From a virus (taxonomy: Duplodnaviria; Caudoviricetes), in IMG/VR virus record IMGVR_UViG_3300033069_001940, positions 32,001 to 96,000 of that record: a stretch of 64,000 nt of DNA. One strand, written 5' to 3'. Below, one piece after another: positions 9,647 through 20,050 of this stretch (positions within the stretch are counted from its first letter, which is position 1; each line of letters begins with the position of its first letter). Below the pieces are notes generated by a model. That model did no database searches, was not told where the DNA came from, and was given only the letters and a program-made list of their open reading frames with translations. Made by a program: the position numbers and the translations under genes.

Positions 9647-12252
9647 AATCATATATTACAGCATTTAAAAATTGTAGATTTACTAACTATGGATTATTAT
9701 TTGAATCTAAAACTGGAAGGTGTTTTTTAGATTTGTCTGGATATAGTAAAGTTAAGTTATGTTTTACCAGAATTTCTGGAGATGGCAAAATTATTCTTTG
9801 TTCTGACGGATTAGATAAAGAATATTCAATATTATCAAAATATAATTTTGAATTAGAGATTGAATTTAACGATCCAAAAATTCAAATACTTCGCCCTAAG
9901 AGTAGCCTTGGAGAGATTGTTTTAACTAATGTTATAGTACAGGATGGTATGTCAAAATGGAATGAAATTTTTAAAAAGATTGATTCTAAATATATTAGAG
10001 TTGTTAATGATAATTTATATGCCAATGACGGGGCTTATATAGCGCCTAAAGATCTTGTAGATAATTTAATAACAATTCCAGAAAAAAGTTTTGTTTATAA
10101 GGAAGATAAAATTGTTTTTAGTCAATGTCAAATAAGCGCTTTGTCTTTAAAAGACAAATTAGAGACGACAAAAGAAGAAAAATATACTGAAATATATAAT
10201 TCAAATCAAAGTCTTTCTTTTAAAAATTATAATTATAATAGTAAAAAACTTAAATATATTTATAGTTGCGGGGAGCATTTTTTATTATTAAAACCAATCT
10301 CCAATGCGAGTTTTTCTGTTTCTAATCTTGAAGAAAACACAAAATATTACATTAAAATTAGAGCAAAAAAATTAAATGGCAATGGTAGATTTCATTTTAA
10401 TATTTCTCCAAAAAATAATCTTGGATTTGCTGACTGTACAATAGACGCTGGTTCTAATTTTAATGAATTTAATCTAACTGTAGAGACTGGTTCTATAGAA
10501 TTTCCTGGCAATTTATTTAAAATAAATGTAGGTATGTTAGATGATGGTATAGGCGAAGTTTTAATATCTAACATAACAATTTATTGCGATTCAGAAAAAT
10601 GCAATATTGTAAATATACCAAAAAATATACCAAAAAATACATTAAATAAATTAAAAGAAAATGAAACAAAAGTTATTTTAAATAAAAATATTAATAACAA
10701 ATCAATAATATCTAAAAATCTCCCACAATTATTAAATCCATCCAAATTAAGACCATCTTTTGATTTAAAAGCAAATACAGATAGAAAATTTGTTATAGTT
10801 ATTCCAAGCTATAAAAATGAGAAATGGGTTGAAAAAAATATCACTTCAGCATTAAATCAAAATTATAATTTTTATAGAGTTATTTTTATAGATGATTGCT
10901 CCCCGGATAATACATTTGAAGTGGCTCAAAATGTTATTAAAAAATTAAATTCACAAATTAAAACAACTCTAATTAAGAATCAAGTTAGAAAAGGCGCTCT
11001 TTGCAATTTATATAATGCCATTCATAGTTGCGCTGATGACGAAATTATTGTTACTCTTGATGGCGATGATTGGCTTGCACATGATAATGTTTTAAGTTTT
11101 CTTAATACCGTTTATAAGTCTGGAGATACTTGGATGACTTATGGCCAATATAAAAATTGGCCAGATGGCGGCAAGGGTTTGTGTAAACAAATTCCAAAAC
11201 ATATTATTGATAGTAATGCTTATCGAGCGCATGAATGGTGCTCTTCTCATTTAAGAACATTTTATGCCTGGCTATTTAAATCAATTAAGTTAGAAGATTT
11301 TAGATATCAAGACCAAGAATTTATGAGTATGGCTTGGGATATGACTATGTGTTTCCCAATGTTAGAAATGTCTAAAAATCACCATAAATTCATTCCAGAT
11401 ATTTTGTATATTTATAATCTTGAAAATCCACTCAATGATCATAAGGTTAATAAAAAATTACAACAAGACACCGATGCATTTGTTAGAGCTAAAAATAAAT
11501 ATCAACCTAAATTACCAGAACAATATAATGGTAAAAAAACTAAAATTGGTCTTTTAATTATTGGGACTAATAAATATGTACAATTTTTAAATCCATTAAT
11601 TTCATCTGCCGATAGATATTTTTTTGTTGATGATAAGTATGATGTAACTTATTTTGTTTTTACCGATGGTAAAATTAATTTTGCTACAAACAGAAACGTT
11701 GAAGTAATACCTATTGAACATAAATCATTTCCGTTTGCGTCTATGGATAGATTTAAACATTTTTCAAATAATAAAGAAATTTTAAGTAAAATGGATTATC
11801 TTTATTATGTAGATGCGGATAGTTTGTTTGTTGATAGTATAGATGATGAAATTTTAGGTGATTTAGTTGGCGTTACTCATTGTGGTTATTACAAGCGCCA
11901 AGGAACCTTTGAGACAAATAAAAATTCTAAATTATACCATCCATTAGAAAAAACAAAAAATGCAGTTTATTATGGAGGAGGATTCTCTGGAGGTTTGTCT
12001 TCTAAATATTTAGAGTTAAGTCAGGAAGGTGCGAGACTGATCGAAGAAGACCTAAATAATAACATCATGCCCCTTTGGCATGATGAGACTTTTTTAAATT
12101 ATTACTTTATTAATAATCCTCCACAAATTACTCTTTCTCCAAGCTATCATTATCCACAAGATAATCCAGAAATATATAAAAAATGGAGCCCTGATAATTT
12201 TATTCCTAAAATATTGTTGCTTGAAAAAAATCACAGAGATATTAGGTCTTAA
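9643..12252 (+). CDS. Multidomain glycosyltransferase: N-terminal beta-sandwich region + GT2 + GT6 (ABO-family alpha-1,3-Gal/GalNAc transferase)
   Basis: GT2: VIVIPSYK, IDDCSPD, LDGDDW. GT6: IGLLIIGTNKY, YFVFTD, YVDADSLF, YYGGGFSGG, WHDETFLNYYF, LSPSY, LEKNH. Confidence 0.85.
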   Translation: MKSYITAFKNCRFTNYGLLFESKTGRCFLDLSGYSKVKLCFTRISGDGKIILCSDGLDKEYSILSKYNFELEIEFNDPKIQILRPKSSLGEIVLTNVIVQDGMSKWNEIFKKIDSKYIRVVNDNLYANDGAYIAPKDLVDNLITIPEKSFVYKEDKIVFSQCQISALSLKDKLETTKEEKYTEIYNSNQSLSFKNYNYNSKKLKYIYSCGEHFLLLKPISNASFSVSNLEENTKYYIKIRAKKLNGNGRFHFNISPKNNLGFADCTIDAGSNFNEFNLTVETGSIEFPGNLFKINVGMLDDGIGEVLISNITIYCDSEKCNIVNIPKNIPKNTLNKLKENETKVILNKNINNKSIISKNLPQLLNPSKLRPSFDLKANTDRKFVIVIPSYKNEKWVEKNITSALNQNYNFYRVIFIDDCSPDNTFEVAQNVIKKLNSQIKTTLIKNQVRKGALCNLYNAIHSCADDEIIVTLDGDDWLAHDNVLSFLNTVYKSGDTWMTYGQYKNWPDGGKGLCKQIPKHIIDSNAYRAHEWCSSHLRTFYAWLFKSIKLEDFRYQDQEFMSMAWDMTMCFPMLEMSKNHHKFIPDILYIYNLENPLNDHKVNKKLQQDTDAFVRAKNKYQPKLPEQYNGKKTKIGLLIIGTNKYVQFLNPLISSADRYFFVDDKYDVTYFVFTDGKINFATNRNVEVIPIEHKSFPFASMDRFKHFSNNKEILSKMDYLYYVDADSLFVDSIDDEILGDLVGVTHCGYYKRQGTFETNKNSKLYHPLEKTKNAVYYGGGFSGGLSSKYLELSQEGARLIEEDLNNNIMPLWHDETFLNYYFINNPPQITLSPSYHYPQDNPEIYKKWSPDNFIPKILLLEKNHRDIRS

Positions 12253-12972
12253 ATGTCAGTTATGTTTTCAAAATTGGGACAAATGGGGCGTCTAGGTAAT
12301 CAGTGCTTTCAGGCGGCTGCCGCCATAGCATTGGCAGATGAATATAGCGTCCCCTACTTATTACCTAAAACAGAATTACATGAAGCTTTTCCTAATTTAA
12401 AATATTGTAGTATTCCAAATAGCTCAATGGTATATAAAGAACCAGATTTTTCTTATAAAGAAATACCGTATGTTGAAAATATGGATTTATTAGGATATTT
12501 CCAATCTTGGAAATATTTTAATAATTGTAGAGGCTTAATAAATAATTTATTTAAATTTCCCAATGATGTGCCAGAATTAACAGGAGTTACTGCTATTCAT
12601 GTACGTCGTGGTGATTATGTAAAACTTGGTCAAGAATATTATGTCGATTTGTCTTTTACAGATTATTATGTCCAAGCAATAGGATATATTAAGTCTAGTA
12701 AATATTATGTTTTTTCAGATGATTTAGAATATTGTAAAAAAATGTTTAAAGGTAATGAATATGAATTTATATCATCTGGAAGTCCGTGGAAAGATTTACA
12801 GATGATAAGTTCTTGTGAAAATGTTATTATGGCCAATTCATCATTCTCTTGGTGGGGAGCTTATTTAAATAATAATCAAAATAAAATAGTAATAGCTCCT
12901 AAAAAATGGTTTGGTAGTAAATTGTCGCATAGTACAAATGATTTATATAACTCAGAATGGGTTATAATATAA
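12253..12972 (+). CDS. GT11 alpha-1,2-fucosyltransferase
   Basis: GRLGNQ, GYFQS, HVRRGDY, FSDD, ANSSFSWWGAYL, APKKWF. Confidence 0.92.
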   Translation: MSVMFSKLGQMGRLGNQCFQAAAAIALADEYSVPYLLPKTELHEAFPNLKYCSIPNSSMVYKEPDFSYKEIPYVENMDLLGYFQSWKYFNNCRGLINNLFKFPNDVPELTGVTAIHVRRGDYVKLGQEYYVDLSFTDYYVQAIGYIKSSKYYVFSDDLEYCKKMFKGNEYEFISSGSPWKDLQMISSCENVIMANSSFSWWGAYLNNNQNKIVIAPKKWFGSKLSHSTNDLYNSEWVII

Positions 12973-12981
12973 AGGTTTTTT

Positions 12982-13761
12982 ATGACAAGCTGGTGGAATA
13001 AAAATGTAGAATCAAGGCTTGATGACTTTAAGTCATGGGTTGGGGACCATAATCAGGCAAGTAAAGTTTATTGTAGAAAATATATTGTAGAAAAACAATA
13101 TAAAAGTATGGTAGATTGTGGTTGTGGGTTAGCCACAGATTTTTTTGCATTAAAAAATGATGGTTATAGCATTGCTTATACCGGCATAGACAGTTGTAAA
13201 TTTATAGTTGATACTAATAGGTCTAATGGAATAGACATGGTGGAGGCAGAATTAGAACAACCTTTACCAATAGAAGATAATAAATACGATGTAGCGTATT
13301 GTAGAGAAGTTCTTGAACATCTATCTTATTATGAAAATGCAATAAATGAATTTATAAGGATAGCTTCAAAAGAAGTAATAATTGTATGGTTTATAAAACC
13401 AATAGAAGAATGGCAGTGGGAAGAAGAGATAAAAGATAAAATTCTTAGAATGAAAAAAGAGCATTTTGAAGAACAATATAAAATAAATACAGAGAATGGA
13501 TTAACTGATCCTCTTCTAGTAAAAGATATAGATATAGTAATTTCCGATGATAATAAAGAAATCAATTATTGGAAGCCAGAAGATCTTTATCATAACAAAT
13601 ATGATAAAAATAAATTAGAGAATTTTATCTTAAGCAATCCAAAAGTAGAAAAAATATTTTGGAATGATGTGTGTGATGAACCATATCCAGTTCAATGTGA
13701 AACTGATAATAAGCCCAATTTCATAAAATCAGTATTACATATAGTTTTAAAGGAAAAATGA
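12982..13761 (+). CDS. Class I SAM-dependent methyltransferase
   Basis: VDCGCGLA, YTGID, YDVAYCREVLEHL. Confidence 0.8.
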   Translation: MTSWWNKNVESRLDDFKSWVGDHNQASKVYCRKYIVEKQYKSMVDCGCGLATDFFALKNDGYSIAYTGIDSCKFIVDTNRSNGIDMVEAELEQPLPIEDNKYDVAYCREVLEHLSYYENAINEFIRIASKEVIIVWFIKPIEEWQWEEEIKDKILRMKKEHFEEQYKINTENGLTDPLLVKDIDIVISDDNKEINYWKPEDLYHNKYDKNKLENFILSNPKVEKIFWNDVCDEPYPVQCETDNKPNFIKSVLHIVLKEK

Positions 13762-14837
13762 AATTTTTTAATATCGATCAACATGTTTCAGTCATAGCGG
13801 ATATCGCTCATATATTTAAAAATTTAGGTCATCAGGTTGATGACTGGTCATTGTCTGGACATCATTGGGTTTTAGGTAAACCAAAACCAAAAATTATGTT
13901 AAGCGACGGAAGTCAACTCATTGGATCTAATGTTTGCACTCAAGAAACATGTGATAAATTTTACGAACAATATAAAGATCAATTAGAACAATATGACGCT
14001 TTTATTGTTTGTTATCCAGTAGAATTTGCGCTCCTTTATGAAAAATGGAACAAACCAATTATAGTCGTAAATTGTGTTAGATATGAAGCGGATATGAATA
14101 TCCAAACATGGACACGAATAATTAAAAGTAGGCTAGATAATTTTTTAAAGCTTAAACAAAGTGAAGGTAAATTATATTATATTTGTAATAATAAAGGAGA
14201 CCAATATTATACAAAATATTTTACAGGCATAGATGGTGTGCATATTCCAAGTTTGTGCGAGTATACTAACGCAAAATATACTGGAACAAAAAATAAATAT
14301 ATAATACATGATAGAGCAGAGATTTCTGTTAATAATAATTTATGTATTAACTTAGATAATATAAGGGATAAAAATAGGAAATATACTTGGCAAGATTTAT
14401 ATGATTATAAAGGGGTTATACATGTACCTTATAATAATGGTTCAATGTCTATATTTGAACAATATACAGCAAATGTTCCAATGTTTTTCCCATCAAAACA
14501 ATATGCAAAAAAACTTATTAGTGAAAATAAAATGTTTTCTGATTTGACGTTTTATAAAATTAACAAAGTTAATGAGCCAGAAGATTATAATAATCCAAAT
14601 AGTTTAAGAAATCCAGAAATTTTAAATAAATGGATTGATACATCTGATATGTATGATGTTGACAATATGAAATATATTCAATATTTTGATTCGCTTGCTC
14701 ATTTAGAGCATTTATTAAAAACAGTTAATTTGAAAGAAATTAGTAGTAATATGTCGGCACATAATGTATTAAGAAAAGAATCTATATATAATAGCTGGAA
14801 TCAAATTATTACAAGTGTTAAAAGTAAAATTAATTAA
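13758..14837 (+). CDS. Hypothetical protein, probable GT-B glycosyltransferase
   Basis: YKGVIHVPY..SMSIFEQYTANVPMFFP motif; cluster context. Confidence 0.45.
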   Translation: MKFFNIDQHVSVIADIAHIFKNLGHQVDDWSLSGHHWVLGKPKPKIMLSDGSQLIGSNVCTQETCDKFYEQYKDQLEQYDAFIVCYPVEFALLYEKWNKPIIVVNCVRYEADMNIQTWTRIIKSRLDNFLKLKQSEGKLYYICNNKGDQYYTKYFTGIDGVHIPSLCEYTNAKYTGTKNKYIIHDRAEISVNNNLCINLDNIRDKNRKYTWQDLYDYKGVIHVPYNNGSMSIFEQYTANVPMFFPSKQYAKKLISENKMFSDLTFYKINKVNEPEDYNNPNSLRNPEILNKWIDTSDMYDVDNMKYIQYFDSLAHLEHLLKTVNLKEISSNMSAHNVLRKESIYNSWNQIITSVKSKIN

Positions 14838-14852
14838 ATAAATTAGGATAAT

Positions 14853-15638
14853 ATGAAGGTTGCTATTTTTTCATTCGCTGTTAATTTTCAATTTCCAATT
14901 GATATTATGAATAGACAATTCAAAAAATATTTAAAAGATGATTATGAATTAATCATTTTTAATGATGCTTCTGATAAACAAGAAGAAAAAAATATTAATG
15001 TTGTTACTTCATCTAATCAAATTAAATGCGTACGTGTGCCACAAGAAATACATAAAATATTTAGTCCATCAGTAGCATATGCTGAAACTTTAAATTGGGC
15101 CGTTCACAATTATGCAGCATCAAAAGATTTTGATATTATTGTATTAATGCATTCTGATATATTTCCAATATGTCAAATTTCTATGGTTGATATTTTAGGA
15201 GATTATACTGTGGCTAGCACTTCTGAGTTCCGTAAAATTGGCGAAACAGGAATAACATATTTATATCCAGCTTTTACAATTGTTAATATGAAATCTTTAA
15301 AACAATTAGGTGTTCATAAATTAGATTTTGGTTTGGAGCCAGGCGTAGACACTGGAGGTAAAACTAAAGATTTTATTATAAAATATCCAAATTTAGTTAA
15401 ATTATTACCTAATTATCAAGCTTCATATTTTTTACAAACATTAGATAATTCTGAAATATTAGCGAAATATTTTAAAGAAGATTTAGAAATTTCTAGAGCA
15501 CACGGATTAAGTTCTGGATGGATTGCAGAGGGTATGTACCATTATATGGCGGGGTCTAGATGGAATTTGAATGATAATCCATTATTTGCCGAAGGGCATA
15601 AAAAAAGAATGGATTTATTTTTAAAATATTTTTATTAA
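14853..15638 (+). CDS. Probable GT-A fold glycosyltransferase
   Basis: LIIFNDAS, VLMHSDIFP (DxD-like), DTGG, YHYMAGSRW. Confidence 0.5.
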   Translation: MKVAIFSFAVNFQFPIDIMNRQFKKYLKDDYELIIFNDASDKQEEKNINVVTSSNQIKCVRVPQEIHKIFSPSVAYAETLNWAVHNYAASKDFDIIVLMHSDIFPICQISMVDILGDYTVASTSEFRKIGETGITYLYPAFTIVNMKSLKQLGVHKLDFGLEPGVDTGGKTKDFIIKYPNLVKLLPNYQASYFLQTLDNSEILAKYFKEDLEISRAHGLSSGWIAEGMYHYMAGSRWNLNDNPLFAEGHKKRMDLFLKYFY

Positions 15639-15640
15639 AG

Positions 15641-16288
15641 GTGGATATGACATATTATTCTCAAGCGTGGCAAGATGAATTTGTAGCAAATATTCTAAAT
15701 TTTAAAAAGAATGGATATTATTTAGATATTGGTAGTACAGATGGAATTAATCAAAGCAATTCATATTTTTTTGAAAACGAACTTGGCTGGAAAGGAGTTT
15801 GTATTGAAAGGGGTGTTGGATATACAGAACACTACAAAAATAATAGGAATTGTGTTTTTTTAAATGAAGACGCGACACAAATTGATTATAAAAAGTTATT
15901 AGATAATTTATCTTATCCAAAGCAAATTGATTATTTATCAGTTGATATAGATGAAAATACCGTTGCTGCTTTAAATAAGCTTCCGTTAGAAGATTATAAA
16001 TTTAGTGTAATAACAATTGAGCATGACGCTTATCGTTTTAATGATTCTTTAAGATTAGAAGAAAGAAGAATATTAAGTTCATATGGTTATACCTTATTGT
16101 GCTCAGACGTTTTAGTTCCGCTCGGCTGTGGTATGGGTACAAATCTTCCATTTGAAGATTGGTGGGTGGATAATAAAGTTTTTAATATGGATAATACACA
16201 TAGGTTATGTTGCGATAAACAGTATCCAGATGATATAGTTAAAAAAGTAAAGCAAGAAAAAGTACAATGGCTAAAAGGAAATGAATGA
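15641..16288 (+). CDS. FkbM-family methyltransferase
   Basis: YSQAWQD, YLDIGSTDG..SNSYFFE..LGWKGVCIE, IDYLSVDID, ITIEH. GTG start. Confidence 0.8.
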   Translation: MDMTYYSQAWQDEFVANILNFKKNGYYLDIGSTDGINQSNSYFFENELGWKGVCIERGVGYTEHYKNNRNCVFLNEDATQIDYKKLLDNLSYPKQIDYLSVDIDENTVAALNKLPLEDYKFSVITIEHDAYRFNDSLRLEERRILSSYGYTLLCSDVLVPLGCGMGTNLPFEDWWVDNKVFNMDNTHRLCCDKQYPDDIVKKVKQEKVQWLKGNE

Positions 16289-17121
16289 AAAAAATTATAA
16301 GTTATTCTTTATATAATTCTATACCAAAAAATACAATTAATGCAATTATTAATTGTATGTTAGCCGAAAAAATTTATCCAGGTTGGGTGGTGAGATTTTA
16401 TTTAGATGATACTGTGCCAAAACCTATAGTTGATATATTGAGAACATTTTCTCATGTTGAGGTTGTAGAAATGCCGCGCGGAACAGGAAGCGAAAGAATG
16501 CTATGGAGATTTTTAAGTTGTAGTTCGGAAATAGAAACAGATTACCAATCTATTATGATTAGTCGTGATGCTGACTCTTATTTATCGGTTAGAGAAAAAG
16601 CTTGTGTAGACGCTTGGCTTGCTGGTAATAAGAATTTTCATAAAATTATTGGTCATTGTTATCACACAGACCCTAAGGTTAAAATTATGGGAGGTTTATG
16701 GGGCTGTAGAAATTCTATTTTATCAAAAATGAAAGAAGAAGTTGATAAGTTTATTAATGGAGGCGAGACATATGACCAAGGATTTTTAGCCAATGTGATT
16801 TACCCAAATGTACTGCATGATTTAATTTGTCATTATGACGACCCATCATTTAATAATAAAGGTCAAAGAGTTTATGGTCAGCCAGAAGAAAAAGGAAGTG
16901 CATTTCCAATTCCTCCATATAAAGAGTGGGATGAGCCTGTTGAGGGAATTTCTTGGCTTGAAGCTAATAAACTAAATGAATTTTATTGCGCTCATTGTAA
17001 TAAAAAACACAAAGAAGTTATTGGCGGTATTATTGAGCATATTCCATCGAGAGCGATGGAGGTCGTTCGAAAATATGTCGCAGAAAAAGGAATTTCTGTA
17101 GAAGGTTGCCCCGGTTTTTAA
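16285..17121 (+). CDS. Probable GT-A-like glycosyltransferase of the type seen in viral glycan clusters
   Basis: KIISYSLY, YPGWVVRFY, MLWRFL, SRDADS (DxD), IMGGLWG, DQGFL..IYP. Confidence 0.55.
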   Translation: MKKIISYSLYNSIPKNTINAIINCMLAEKIYPGWVVRFYLDDTVPKPIVDILRTFSHVEVVEMPRGTGSERMLWRFLSCSSEIETDYQSIMISRDADSYLSVREKACVDAWLAGNKNFHKIIGHCYHTDPKVKIMGGLWGCRNSILSKMKEEVDKFINGGETYDQGFLANVIYPNVLHDLICHYDDPSFNNKGQRVYGQPEEKGSAFPIPPYKEWDEPVEGISWLEANKLNEFYCAHCNKKHKEVIGGIIEHIPSRAMEVVRKYVAEKGISVEGCPGF

Positions 17122-17133
17122 TAAAGGATAAAA

Positions 17134-18033
17134 ATGATAAATAATGAAGTTGGTATATTATGTAACGAACAACATGGTGACATAGGTTTGTGTACATCTG
17201 TTTTAAAATATAAAGATCTATTATGGCCAGGTAAAAAAGTAATATGGTATTGTAATTTTGCTCCAGAGAAAGTTACATATATGGATATGTTAAAATTCAA
17301 TGATGCTATATCTGAAATTAGAGAATGGCCAAAAGTTTGGTTTAAAGATATAATGGATGAAAATTTTCAAATTAGACATGATAAAAAACATGAATTTGAA
17401 CAATTAAAAACACTTGATGTTGGATATTTTCCAGCACCTTGGGCAGCATTACCAAATAATTTATTTAATAACAAAAATTATTCAGAAATACCAAGACATA
17501 TATTCGGAGCAGACCCCTCTTGGGAGTGGCGGCCGTGTTTGGGATTTTCAAATGAAGAGAGAGAGATGGTTAAAGATTTTTCTTCAAAACTACCTCATTC
17601 AAAAACCGTAATGCTTGAAACTCAATTAAGATCTGCTGGTAATTTTAATCTAAGCGAAGATATTATAAGAAATACCATGAGCCTTTGTAGAAAAAAATGG
17701 GGGAAATGTAATTTTATTTTTGCTAGCAAAATAGATCATACTAAATTTGTTGATGACGCTGGCGTAGTTTCAGCCGCGGATTTCACTGTAAGGCAAACTT
17801 CATTAATACATGACCAATCAGATTTATTTATATCTGTATGTAGTGGGATTACTGTTGCTTCAAGTTGCTGGGGTTCGAAGCCGGTTCCGAGAGTCGAGAT
17901 GTGTAGTGTAAATACAAGTTATAAAAATTTATGTTATGGACCGACCATTAGTGTTTTTTGTGAAAATTGGACAGAAGAACAATTAAAAAAAGGTTCTGAA
18001 GATGCAATTATTCAGATTTTAAATAAATTATAG
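17134..18033 (+). CDS. Putative GT9-like glycosyltransferase
   Basis: HGDIGLCTSVL...WPGKKVIW; SDLFISVCSG. Confidence 0.5.
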   Translation: MINNEVGILCNEQHGDIGLCTSVLKYKDLLWPGKKVIWYCNFAPEKVTYMDMLKFNDAISEIREWPKVWFKDIMDENFQIRHDKKHEFEQLKTLDVGYFPAPWAALPNNLFNNKNYSEIPRHIFGADPSWEWRPCLGFSNEEREMVKDFSSKLPHSKTVMLETQLRSAGNFNLSEDIIRNTMSLCRKKWGKCNFIFASKIDHTKFVDDAGVVSAADFTVRQTSLIHDQSDLFISVCSGITVASSCWGSKPVPRVEMCSVNTSYKNLCYGPTISVFCENWTEEQLKKGSEDAIIQILNKL

Positions 18034-18043
18034 CAGGGGAAAT

Positions 18044-19261
18044 ATGGAAGAATTATTTACATTAGGTGAGTTTTATTTATGTGACTTTCTTAAAAGCGAG
18101 GAATCTTATAGAGGAAGCAAACATGAATTAAAGTTAGTTTTAACTGATGATGGTAATGTTAGACTAGATAAACCTGCGCCATTAAATCAAATGTTTGGTC
18201 GTTACTTTTATAGGAGCGGAACAAATCAAACAATGAGAGATGAATTAAAAAATATTGTAAATTCAATTCTTCATGTGTCAAAATTAAAAGAAAATGATCT
18301 TTGGGTGGATATTGCTTCAAATGATTTAACTTTATTAGGATTTGTTCCAAATAATTTAATTAGAATTGGAATAGACCCTTGTGAAGATTCTTATTTAACC
18401 GACGCCTCTCAGAAAACTAATTTGGTTATTCAAGATTATTTTACAGCAGATGTTTTTAAAAAATGTATTTTTGGAAAACAAAAAGCAAAAGTAATAACTT
18501 GTATAGCTATGTTTTATGATTTAATTGAACCAGATAAATTCCTTCAAGATGTTAATGAGGTCTTAGATGATTCTGGTTTATTTGTAGTACAATTATCTTA
18601 TACCCCTTTGATGCTTAAGCAATTAGCGTTTGATAATATACTTGGAGAACATTACTATTATTATTCGCTTTTTAATTTAAAAGCTTTATTTGAAAAAAAT
18701 GGATTTAAGATTTTAGATTGCCAGTTGAATGATACGAATGGCGGTTCATTTAGAGTATATGCTTCAAAAATAAATTCTAATGAGTCTCATTTTGCTACTC
18801 AGCCGTATCGTGATGTAGCTGAATTTAGAGTTAAATCAATTTTGGAGTATGAAAAATCTTTAAAATTAGATAAAAAAGAAACATGGTTGGAATTTAAAGA
18901 AAATATTGATAAGCTTAAAGCTAAAGTTTTATCATTTTTAAATGAAAAAAAATCTCAAGGTAAAACTATATATGGCTATGCGGCTAGTACAAAATCAGCA
19001 ACTTTACTTCAATATTTTGGAATAGGGTCAGATTTAATCACATCTATTGCAGATAGGAATCCTTTAAAATGGGGTACGACAATGCCTGGAATAAATATTC
19101 CAATTGTTTCTGAAGATGAAGTAAGGAGCGCTAAACCAGATTATTTATTAATTTTAAGCTGGCATTTTGCCAAAGAATTTATTGAAAGGGAAAAGGATAT
19201 GTTACTTAATGGTACAAAATTTATTATTCCGTGCCCTCAATTTGAAATAATTTCAATATGA
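18044..19261 (+). CDS. NDP-sugar C-methyltransferase (TcaB9/NovU-like)
   Basis: YFYRSG, VDIASND, IGIDP, FDNILGEHYYYYS, NGGSFRV, YGYAASTK..TLLQY, PDYLLILSWHF. Confidence 0.85.
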   Translation: MEELFTLGEFYLCDFLKSEESYRGSKHELKLVLTDDGNVRLDKPAPLNQMFGRYFYRSGTNQTMRDELKNIVNSILHVSKLKENDLWVDIASNDLTLLGFVPNNLIRIGIDPCEDSYLTDASQKTNLVIQDYFTADVFKKCIFGKQKAKVITCIAMFYDLIEPDKFLQDVNEVLDDSGLFVVQLSYTPLMLKQLAFDNILGEHYYYYSLFNLKALFEKNGFKILDCQLNDTNGGSFRVYASKINSNESHFATQPYRDVAEFRVKSILEYEKSLKLDKKETWLEFKENIDKLKAKVLSFLNEKKSQGKTIYGYAASTKSATLLQYFGIGSDLITSIADRNPLKWGTTMPGINIPIVSEDEVRSAKPDYLLILSWHFAKEFIEREKDMLLNGTKFIIPCPQFEIISI

Positions 19262-20049
19262 ATTTAGTTATAGGCAATACCTCACAGCTTTCATATTATT
19301 TCCCAAACGATTATATTAAAATATCATCAAGAAATATAAATTTAGATTATATTAAAAATAACAAATGGAATGCTGTATATATCTGTTTTGCAGAACAAAG
19401 AATATATGATTCTAATATAGATTATATTACACCTAATTATATTTATACTTTACAAATAATAAATTCTATTTTGGAATGCACTGATAAAATAGTTTGTTAT
19501 ACTAGTTGTGAATTATGGAATAATTTATCTGGTTATATAGATTTAGATACCGCCCCTAATTTTGATATAAATAACGAATATACTATTTCAAAATTTTTAT
19601 TGCTTAATAAAATTAAGCAATTAAGAAAAATTAACGAGAGATATAATAAAGTAATATTTATCCATCCATTCTATTTTAATTCTGCTTATAGATCAAATTA
19701 TTTTTTGTTTGGAAAAATTTTTGATTCAATTCTTAATAAAAAAGTTATAGATGTTGGTAATTTAAATTTTTATCGAGATATAGTTCATGCACAATATATT
19801 GTAGATAAAAGTATTGAAGCAAACAGCGATCTTGTGGTTGGGGCGGGAAAGTTATTTAATGTCAAAGATTTTATTGTAGATCTTTATAATTATTTTGATA
19901 TGGATTTTGAAAATTATACAAAAATTAATAATTTTTCTTCTTCTGGAAAAGAAAAATTAATTATGGCAAAAGTAAATATTAATTGGGATTATACATATCA
20001 AAATTTATTAAACGACACAGTGAATGATTTAAAAAAAGTTAAAGGATAG
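19258..20049 (+). CDS. Divergent NDP-sugar epimerase/reductase (extended SDR)
   Basis: YTSCELW, YTISK (YxxxK), RDIVHA; the Rossmann glycine motif is degenerate. Confidence 0.55.
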   Translation: MNLVIGNTSQLSYYFPNDYIKISSRNINLDYIKNNKWNAVYICFAEQRIYDSNIDYITPNYIYTLQIINSILECTDKIVCYTSCELWNNLSGYIDLDTAPNFDINNEYTISKFLLLNKIKQLRKINERYNKVIFIHPFYFNSAYRSNYFLFGKIFDSILNKKVIDVGNLNFYRDIVHAQYIVDKSIEANSDLVVGAGKLFNVKDFIVDLYNYFDMDFENYTKINNFSSSGKEKLIMAKVNINWDYTYQNLLNDTVNDLKKVKG

Positions 20050-20050
20050 T

